A DNA stretch of 64,000 bases from an uncultured Bacteroidales bacterium (GTDB lineage Bacteria; Bacteroidota; Bacteroidia; Bacteroidales; UBA10428). Numbering within the stretch: position 1 is the first letter of the stretch; each line of letters opens with the position of its first letter. The DNA is taken from positions 20,793 to 84,792 of the forward strand of contig CAVPIY010000005.1 of the NCBI GenBank assembly GCA_963705125.1, given 5' to 3'. Positions 56,295-64,000 of the stretch are shown here, piece by piece. Below the pieces are notes generated by a model. The model was not told where the DNA came from. It made no database searches and saw only the letters and a program-made list of their open reading frames with translations. The position numbers were made by a program, and so were the translations under genes.

Positions 56295-57968
56295 TTATAA
56301 ATTAAACTTCTTTTTGTTAGCGATGGCTTCCTCATACCCCGCATCTGCATGCCGGTATATTCCCATGGCCGGATCATTATGGAGCACCCGGGAAAGGCAG
56401 GCGGCAGCCCTCTTTGTGCCATCGGCCACCACCACCATGCCGGCATGCTGGGAATAACCTATGCCCACCCCTCCGCCATGATGAAAGGATACCCAGGTAG
56501 CACCGCCACTCGTATTGGCCATCAGGTTCAGCAATGGCCAGTCGGAAATTGCATCACTTCCGTCCTTCATTCCCTCGGTCTCCCGGTATGGCGATGCCAC
56601 AGAACCGCAGTCGAGGTGATCACGGCCGATCACGATCGGGGCCTTTAACCTGCCTGATTTAACCAGTTCATTGAAAATAAGTCCGGCCTTTTCCCGTTCT
56701 CCCATCCCCAGCCAGCAAATCCTGGCAGGCAGACCCTGACAGGATATCTTCTTTTCCGCCTCCTTCAGCCAGTTGATCAGGTGCGTGTCATTTGGGAAAG
56801 CTTCCATCAGGGCATCGTCAGTCACCAGGATATCTTCGGGATCACCCGACAAAGCAACCCACCGGAAGGGACCCTTGCCCTGGCAAAATAACGGACGGAT
56901 AAATTCAGGCACAAATCCCGGGTAGTATAAGCATCGGCTTCCCCTCCCTGCCTGGCAAATTCGCGCAGGTTATTGCCATAGTCGAATACCACACTGCCCT
57001 GTTTTTTCATCTCGAGCATAAATCCCACATGACGGGCCATACTTTTCAGGGATCTCAACCGGTACTCAGCAGGATTCTCTTTTCGCATCGCCATTGCTTT
57101 TTCCAGCGTGATCCCGGCCGGAACGTAACCATTCAGCGGATCATGGGCAGAAGTCTGATCCGTCAGTACGTCCGGAATTAATCCCTCATTCAGCATTTCT
57201 TCCAATACATCACCAATATTGCCTACCAATCCGACCGACAAGGGCTTTCCCTTTTCCATCGACTGCATGATGATGTGTTTTGCTTCCGTGTAATTATCGG
57301 TCATCTTATGAATATATTGTGTCTGCAGCCGCTTCCTGATCCTTTCCGGATCAACGTCCACCCCCAGAAAAGTATATCCTGCCATGGTTGCAGCCAGAGG
57401 CTGAGCTCCGCCCATACCGCCAAGACCACCTGACACCAGTAACTTGCCATGGGTTTTCCCCTCGAAATATTTTCGGCCACATTCGGCAAAAGTTTCGTAA
57501 GTTCCCTGCAAAATGCCCTGAGAACCGATATATATCCAGCTGCCGGCCGTCATCTGCCCATACATGATCAAACCACGTTCCTTTAGCTTGTTCAAAGTAA
57601 TCCCAGTTTGCCCATGCAGGAACCAGGTTGCTGTTTGCAATCAATACCCTGGGCGCTTCGGTATGTGAACGGATAATTCCCACGGGTTTACCCGACTGGA
57701 TGAGCAGGCTCTGATCATCATGCAGTGTGAGCAGGCTTCTGATAATCTCCTGTAAGGCCTCGGGATTACGGGCTGCCTGTCCGGTTCCCCCATATACGAT
57801 CAATTCGGCCGGATTCTCAGCCACTCCGGGATTCAGGTTGTTGAGCAGCATCCGCAATGGTGCTTCAGTCTGCCAGCTCAGTGCATGCAGGGTATTGCCG
57901 ACCGGGGCCCTGTAATTCGGATGAGTGGCATAGTTTTTAATAAATTCCGAATAATTCATGGGTCTCAT
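56295..57968 (-). pseudogene. hutU: Urocanate hydratase split into three ORFs by two single-base indels
   Basis: Piece 57351..57968 ends its true frame at ...[15 protein letters not shown]. Piece 56822..57640 reads [35 protein letters not shown]...GGEADAY. Piece 56295..56912 reads [32 protein letters not shown]... The junctions are near 57585-57600 and 56920-56930. Confidence 0.88.
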
Positions 57969-59508
57969 TTTTTAAATCTGTTTTCAGCTCAAGGGCCAAT
58001 GCGGATGTAAGTGAAGTGAGCTCACGCTGCTGCACGATCTGAATGGCCGATTGGATATAATCTCCCAGGAATACATCCTGATCAATATGCGGAATGCTTT
58101 GCCGCACATGTTCATGGCAGGCATTGATCAGGGGACCTGACTTCAGCGGTTTGCGGAAATCGAAACCCTGGGCTGCACAGAATAATTCGATTCCCAGAAT
58201 CTTCTCCAGGTTATCAACAATTTGCAAAGCCTTCCGGGCACTTATCGAACCCATACTGACGTGATCTTCCTGCCCGAGTGAAGTGGGTATGCTGTCTGCA
58301 CTGGCCGGGAAGCAGAGTGATTTGTTCTCGCTTGCCAGAGCAGCGGTTGTGTATTGTGGGATCATAAAACCTGAGTTCAGCCCGGTTTCTTTCATCAGTA
58401 ATTTGGGGAGGCCTTCGATTGTATCCATAAGCGAAAGATAAATCCGGCGGTCGGCGATATTCCCCAGTTCGGATGCTGCCAGTGCGGCATAATCGAGCGG
58501 CAGGGCCAGGGGCTGTCCATGGAAATTGCCTCCGCTGATGGCTTTATCCTTGCTGAAAACAATCGGATTATCGGTCACTGAGTTCAGTTCGGTGGACAGC
58601 AATTGCTTCAAATGCAGATAAGCATTTCGGGAGGCTCCGTGCACCTGGGGAATACATCGCAGGGAATACGGATCCTGCACCCTGCTGCAATTCCGGTGCG
58701 ATTGAACGATTTCAGAATCTACCGATCAGGGTTCGCATCCGTTCAGCCACATATTGCGTGCCTTCATAAGGCCTGAGCGCATGCAGGTCCGGATCGAATG
58801 CCTTTACCGATCCCAGCATGGCCTCCAGGTTCATGGCTGCCACGATGTCGGCGTGGTCAAGACAATTCTGGAATCGTTCAGCGAACTGTACCGCATGGGC
58901 TGCAATGAACTGTGTGCCATTGATCAGGGCCAGCCCTTCTTTTGGCCCCAGTTCAAGGGGAGAAAGACCGTGCCATTGACAGGAAATCTGCAGCAGGTAT
59001 GGTTTCCCCGTGATAAAAGACACGGCCATACCCGATGAGGGGCAGGAACAAATGCGCCAGGGGAGCCAGGTCTCCTGATGCACCGACAGATCCCTGTGCG
59101 GGAACACAGGGAATGATATTCTGTTCGATATGCCAGCAGATCCGGTTGATTGTTGCGGGCGAAATGCCTGAATAACCCATGGCCAGGGAATGTACTTTCA
59201 GGATCATCATGAGCCGGCTGATCTCAACGGGAATAATATCACCCACCCCCACAGCATGACTAAGCAGACAGGTTATGCTGCAGTTTGCGGGTATCCTCGT
59301 CCGAAATCAGGGTGGTACATAATGGCCCGAAGCCGGTATTGATCCCGTAAACGATATTTCTGCCGGATACAATCTGTTCAACCTCGGCCCGGTTTTTTTG
59401 AATCCGTGCTGCCACTTCAGCGGTAATTTCCGCCTGAATTTTCCCCCTGCTGATATCCAGAGCAAGTCCGGGGGTCAGTCTGTCAATGCCATAGCGGAAT
59501 GTCATCAT
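57937..59508 (-). pseudogene. hutH: Histidine ammonia-lyase split into four ORFs by three single-base indels
   Basis: The pieces read through as MMTFRYGIDRL...KLQHNL, then LLSHAVGVGD...GSVGASGDLAPLAHL (MIO-forming ASG), then ...ADFLSM, then HGLSPLELGPKEGLALINGTQF...RTLIGR, then SEIVQSHRNCSRVQDPYSLRCIPQVHGA... The junctions are near 59262, 58985 and 58712. Confidence 0.88.
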
Positions 59509-59821
59509 GTTATTAGTAAATTTAGTCAATTGATTAAAATAACACCAAACAAGGAACATCGATCTTAGAATAATGAAGTAATTCTTCGTCATTCATCATT
59601 CGGCGTTCCTTGTTCGATGTTGGTTCAATCAGCACATTTCTGAAGCTTATAAAAACTCATCGCAACTAAAATATTAATTATTACTCTCTAAAGAATGACA
59701 TTTCTGTACCAATTGAACCGACTTTACACTGCCAAATATCATATTCCGGCATGGCCAAAATCACTAACTTTCGTTGATTTTCGTTGTTGTTATAACTAAG
59801 CTACATTTCAAAACTTTTTTT

Positions 59822-61179
59822 ATGGCCGTCAAGAACATTATCATTATCGGTGCTGCAGGAAGAGATTTCCACAATTTCAACACATGTTTCAGGGATAATC
59901 CCGATTACCGGGTGGTTGCCTTTACAGCCGCCCAGATACCCGATATTGCCGGCCGTAAATATCCCGGCAGAATTGCAGGAAGTCTGTATCCTGATGGCAT
60001 TCCGATCTATGCGGAGGCCGATCTCGAAAAGCTGATCAAAGAACTAAAGTGGATGAATGCGTATTTTCATACAGCGATATACCCTATAGCACGAGTCATG
60101 CACATCGGTGCCCGCGTAAATGCAGCAGGCGCTGATTTTACCCTGCTGGGTGCAGGAAAGAATATGCTGAAAAGCAAAAAGCCCGTGGTGGCCGTAGGGG
60201 CTGTCCGCACAGGCTGCGGCAAATCACAGACCTCCCGCCGGGTGATCGAGATCCTGATGAAAATGGGACTGAAGGTAGTTGCTGTAAGGCATCCGATGCC
60301 CTATGGCAATATTGTGGAACAAAAAGTGCAGCGTTATGCCACACTGGATGACCTGGTGCAACACAAATGTACCATTGAGGAAATGGAAGAGTATGAACCC
60401 CATGTGTCCCGGGGCAATGTGATCTATGCAGGTGTTGATTACCAGGCCATCCTCACGGCCGCTGAAAACGATCCCGACGGTTGCGATGTGATCCTCTGGG
60501 ATGGCGGCAACAACGACTTCCCCTTTTATAAGCCCGATCTGACCATCACAGTGACCGATCCCCACAGGGCCGGCCATGAACTTTCTTATTATCCTGGCGA
60601 AGTAACACTGCGACTGGCGGACGTGTGTGGTGATCAATAAAATTGACACTTCCTCCCCCGAAAACATACAAACCGTACGTGAAAACATCACCTATGCCAA
60701 TCCGAAGGCCATGGTTATTGATGCCGCATCCCCCATCACGGTGGATAAGCCCGGAACTGATCCGGGGCAAAGCATGCCTGGCTATCGAGGATGGTCCCAC
60801 CCTCACCCATGGCGAGATGAAAATTGGTGCCGGAACGGTAGCTGCCATGAAATGGGGCGCCAGCAAGCCTGGTTGATCCCAGGCCTTATGCGGTGGGAAG
60901 GATCAAAGAAACCTTCCAGACCTATCCTGGTATCGGTACCCTGTTGCCTGCCATGGGATATGGAAAGCAACAGGTATGCCGACCTGGAAAAGACCATCAA
61001 CGCCACCCCCTGCGATGTCGTTGTGATTGGCACCCCCATTGACCTGAACCGGATTGTGAAGATCAGTCAAACCTACAGTCCGGGTTACCTATGAACTTCA
61101 GGAAATTGGCTCACCCAATCTGCAAATGGTGCTGGAGGAATTTGTGAATAAGATCAGGAAACGAATAGTGAAAAACTAA
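59822..61179 (+). pseudogene. Cyclic 2,3-diphosphoglycerate synthetase-like P-loop protein, heavily frameshifted (about seven indels)
   Basis: It starts MAVKNIIIIGAAGRDFHNF and has the P-loop GAVRTGCGKSQTS. The coding sense hops between frames 2, 3, 1, 2, 3 and 2: ...LRLADV / VINKIDTSSPENIQ...VDKP / ELIRGKACLAIEDGPTLTHGEMKIGAGTVAAMKWGA / VDPRPYAVGRIKETFQTYPGIGTLLPAMGYGKQQV / YADLEKTINATPCDVVVIGTPIDLNRIVKI / VRVTYELQEIGSPNLQMVLEEFVNKIRKRIVKN-stop. There is also an internal out-of-frame patch at 60040-60085, where VDECVFSYSDIPY is readable in another frame. The family name is from memory. Confidence 0.6.
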
Positions 61180-61210
61180 AAACGAAAAGTAACTAATAAA
61201 AGTCTATATT

Positions 61211-61341
61211 GAGTCCACTCCGAAAAGTCCAAACGTCATTGCGAAGGAGCAATGCAACTGAAGCAATCTACTGCAGATGAGCAGATTGCTTCGCTACGCT
61301 CGCAATGACGCGATGCCTTGTAGACTTTTCGGAGTGGACTC
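61211..61341. repeat. Nested palindromic REP/MITE-like element (131 nt)
   Basis: The outer arms are a 19-bp perfect pair, gagtccactccgaaaagtc (61211-61229) and gacttttcggagtggactc (61323-61341). The inner arms are cgtcattgcga / tcgcaatgacg and gaagcaatc / gattgcttc. The core gattgcttcgctacgctcgcaatgacg resembles a repeat I recall seeing in many Bacteroidota genomes. Confidence 0.75.
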
Positions 61342-61377
61342 ATTTTTAATTTTTCATTTTTAATTATTCATTGTAAA

Positions 61378-61896
61378 ATGGAATATTACGACCTTATCCG
61401 CTCCCGTGAAAGCATCCGGGATTATGATCCTGAAAGACCCGTATCACGGTCTCACATTGGAAAAAATTCTCGAAGCAGGACGCATTGCCCCTCAGCTTGT
61501 AACAATCAACCCTGGAAATTCCTGGTGATCGGATCTCCCGGCATGCTTGAAAAGGTAAGAGCTTGTTATCATCGCCAATGGTTCAAGGACGCTCCCCAGA
61601 TTCTGGTCGTGGTGGGATTAAAGGATAATGCCTGGGTGCGGGGATATGACGGATATACTTCCCTTGAAACTGATATTGCAATCACCTTCACACACCTGAT
61701 CCTCGCCGCTGAAAATGAAGGTGTGGGCACCTGCTGGATTGAAGCCTATGATCCCGCCATCCTCAGAGAGGCACTTGATCTTGATGAAAACCAGGAAGTA
61801 TACAGTATAACCCCGCTGGGTTATCCCAGACCAGGTTTTGTAAAAAAAGGCGATAAGAAAAGAAAGCCGCTGGAGGAAATCGTCAGTTACATATAA
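61378..61896 (+). CDS. Nitroreductase-family protein with an internal about-45-nt out-of-frame patch (two compensating indels)
   Basis: 172-aa uninterrupted ORF. Residues about 24-38 (SHIGKNSRSRTHCP) are nonsense relative to the family, while the +1 frame over the same bases reads TLEKILEAGRIAP, the conserved nitroreductase segment. The frame is regained at a C4 run before SACNNQPWKFLVI. Confidence 0.8.
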   Translation: MEYYDLIRSRESIRDYDPERPVSRSHIGKNSRSRTHCPSACNNQPWKFLVIGSPGMLEKVRACYHRQWFKDAPQILVVVGLKDNAWVRGYDGYTSLETDIAITFTHLILAAENEGVGTCWIEAYDPAILREALDLDENQEVYSITPLGYPRPGFVKKGDKKRKPLEEIVSYI

Positions 61897-61916
61897 TGAA
61901 ACCTGACTGATCTCTA

Positions 61917-62658
61917 TCACATTTCCATCGCCAGCACCTGCAGTATCGTTTTTTTGCCGGGCCTGTATTCCCCGTTTGGATCGAAGTTCCATTCCCAGGT
62001 TTGTTTGCTGCGGTTTGTCCGGTAGCAAAACCTGGAGCAATTCCGATGATTCTGCCTGTCCTCCGGTAAGATCAATATTTGTTTCCCGGATATCGGTCAC
62101 CAGGCATGATTTGTCCGGCTCCAGCAATTCAAGATGTGCCTGTTGTAAAAGCCGGTTGATCTTTTCAACTTCTTCCCGGGTATAGGGAATATGTTGCTGA
62201 AGATAGCCGGTGATCATTACGCCGATCTGGCTCAGTAAGTTCAGGGATATGACATAATCGGGAACTTCATCTGCCCTGAATTTTGCGTTGCAGAAACTCT
62301 CCGGAGATGCTTTTTTACCCGTTCGTCTGTATTGCCTGACCGCCTTCCAGACATTTACCATGCCACTCCCTGTAATATCAACTGAAATTGCGGAAACATT
62401 GTTGTATTTACTGAGCCTATGAATTACCTGGGCAGGATGTAAGGCATCATAAAGCCATACATGACCAGATACCGCTGCCAGCTCTTCAAGCGGAAGATCC
62501 AGCAACCAACCGCTGCCCAGCACGGCGAGATTTTTAATTTTCTTTCCCGAAACTGCATTGGCTATAAATGCCCTGGTGCGGGCAAGGTGTTCATCCCAGG
62601 CGCCATCAACCTGAATATACCTGTCGATCAGACCCTGACATTCTGATTGGAAACCCAT
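61917..62658 (-). pseudogene. Hypothetical Rossmann-like protein (possible methyltransferase fold), 3' end displaced by a frameshift near 62005
   Basis: The listed ORF 61618..62658 runs antisense through the nitroreductase gene. An alternative frame gives WEWNFDPNGEYRPGKKTILQVLAMEM-stop ending at 61917, which avoids the overlap. The N-terminus has a KNLAVLGSGWLLDLP glycine-rich loop. Confidence 0.45.
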
Positions 62659-62871
62659 CCTGCGTCAGGACATGAGCTGGTATTTGTTTTTCATACCGGA
62701 TATTATTGTCAAAATGCAACTGTTTCAACATGAATGACGTCACTGCAATTTTCAGGACCAGATAATAAGTTGCCGGAATTTTCCGCTATTCTGTTGACAA
62801 AAATACACCCAAAAATCCGACGGGGTAAAATATTTTGATAATTTCGATCGCAATAAATAACCCAAAAAGCA

Positions 62872-63213
62872 ATGAAACCATTCAAATCCGGCGCTATCCT
62901 GGCTGCCTGGCTGTTGCGAATAACCTTGCTATGGTTTGTATACGTATATTATTTCAATACATTTCCCGGATTCAATCTGAAGGACTTTGCCTTTTATATG
63001 CATACAGGATATATCCTGTTCGCAGTTCTTTTACTTGCCGGGGGATTTATGCAAAAACCTGCCCTCACTGTATTATCAGGTCTGGCTATTTTTATACTGC
63101 CCATCGCCCAGCTTATCCGGGAATTTCCTGACGAACCCGGTAAAGTACTTTTGCTGTACCTGCTGCCCTTATCGGTTGGTTTTTACTTCTTTACTGGTGG
63201 AAATAACAGCTGA
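62872..63213 (+). CDS. Small hydrophobic membrane protein, unknown function
   Basis: 113-aa ORF with about four predicted TM segments by eye. No recognisable motif. Confidence 0.45.
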   Translation: MKPFKSGAILAAWLLRITLLWFVYVYYFNTFPGFNLKDFAFYMHTGYILFAVLLLAGGFMQKPALTVLSGLAIFILPIAQLIREFPDEPGKVLLLYLLPLSVGFYFFTGGNNS

Positions 63214-63324
63214 ATTTGTTTAATAAATCAGATTACCGCGAATGAATTGAACCGGTAAAATATTTATCTTTGGCTATATGGCACATTCTTTGCACTTTTA
63301 TAAGCCAAAAAGGTCGCCTCGAAT

Positions 63325-63924
63325 ATGAATAAAGTAATAATATTAACCCTGCAGCTGTTGCTTTCAGGAATTTTTGCAATAGCGCAAACGGTAACCCAAA
63401 CGGCAGTTCCACATGATACGATCTTTAAGCTTAACGGATCTGTCTTGCCGGTGGATGTTACAACGGTTACACCTACCTATGTCAGTTTTATATTTCCTGG
63501 TAAAACTGAAGAATATACAATTGAACGGAAAGAGGTTCACAAGATCGTTTACAAGACAGGGAAAATCGATATTCTCAACAAAGCTGCATTTGAATTGCTT
63601 GATGACAGCATGTGGGAAGCCGTATGGATCACTGAGGATAAAAAGGAGGTTGGTGATCTGTATATGCTCGGAGAAATTGAGGCCCGTTCCCCATCCAGTG
63701 CCCGAAGTCCCTCTGCTGCAAAGAAGGGTGCCATTATTAAGCTGAAGAAGAAGGCTGCCAATTTGAAGGGTACACTCATTCTTGTAACCCGCAAGGAAAC
63801 CTCTGGTGGCTATGGCGAATATCCCGGGTATTACATAAAGGGCCTTGCCTATGGTCCTGAACCGCCTGTTGAAGAAGCTGCCCCTGAAACCAGAGGTGTA
63901 CCGGTAAAAGATGCCGGCATGTGA
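63325..63924 (+). CDS. Secreted hypothetical protein
   Basis: 199-aa ORF with a signal peptide (MNKVIILTLQLLLSGIFAIAQ) and a Pro/Glu-rich tail. No recognisable family. Confidence 0.5.
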   Translation: MNKVIILTLQLLLSGIFAIAQTVTQTAVPHDTIFKLNGSVLPVDVTTVTPTYVSFIFPGKTEEYTIERKEVHKIVYKTGKIDILNKAAFELLDDSMWEAVWITEDKKEVGDLYMLGEIEARSPSSARSPSAAKKGAIIKLKKKAANLKGTLILVTRKETSGGYGEYPGYYIKGLAYGPEPPVEEAAPETRGVPVKDAGM

Positions 63925-64000
63925 GGTCCTGGGATCAGTAAATTATCAAAAGAATCCGTATACCAGGTCCTGCAATCTGTCTTCATCCCGCCAGCCTGTA

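Noticed and set aside
57937-57968. The 32-nt overlap between the hutH stop and the hutU start as a further frameshift.
   Set aside because: The overlap shrinks to 23 nt if the MNYSEF start at 57959 is used. The hutH C-terminal tail has no obvious alternative frame with better family similarity. There is not enough evidence to call another indel.
61618-61916. The 3' 300 nt of the 346-aa minus-strand ORF, which overlaps the nitroreductase gene.
   Set aside because: The translation there (…VSLYVTDDFLQRLSFLIAFFYKTW…) is the antisense shadow of the nitroreductase gene. An alternative frame terminates cleanly at 61917.
1-64000. tRNA, rRNA, tmRNA, RNase P or riboswitch genes.
   Set aside because: Intergenic regions are short. 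The longer ones (27174-27325, 32394-32916, 41962-42215, 59593-59821, 62659-62871) are AT-rich promoter-like DNA without cloverleaf-type or conserved riboswitch cores that I can recognise. I could not run tRNAscan or Infernal, so small RNAs cannot be excluded.

Overview
This window looks like a chromosomal segment from a Bacteroidota-type genome. Supporting signals are a T9SS porQ-cmk-ispH-priA block, DUF4290-murA synteny, TAT-signal Gfo/Idh/MocA, TldD and GH5 proteins, GH92, and DUF5107. Genes are densely packed on both strands, and I found no rRNA, tRNA, CRISPR array, integrase or transposase by eye. Most content is housekeeping or glycan metabolism. The standout is a six-gene Hyf/Hyc-like membrane complex at 16.1-23.4 kb. 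Its catalytic large and small subunits have lost almost all NiFe and Fe-S cysteine ligands, while the antiporter-like subunits keep their charged residues. That fits an Ehr-type complex of unknown function, not a hydrogenase. Other accessory items are an AbiEi/AbiEii type IV toxin-antitoxin pair on a low-GC islet, a MazF/PemK toxin remnant, a high-GC patch at 24.1-27.2 kb, palindromic REP-like elements and heptamer microsatellites. A second theme is ORF disruption. At least 20 inferred single-base indels fall in cls, a beta-helix gene, pmbA, and above all a 5-kb stretch at 56.9-62.0 kb covering hutU, hutH, a cpgS-like gene, a nitroreductase and an unknown gene. I cannot distinguish gene decay from local assembly error using sequence alone.
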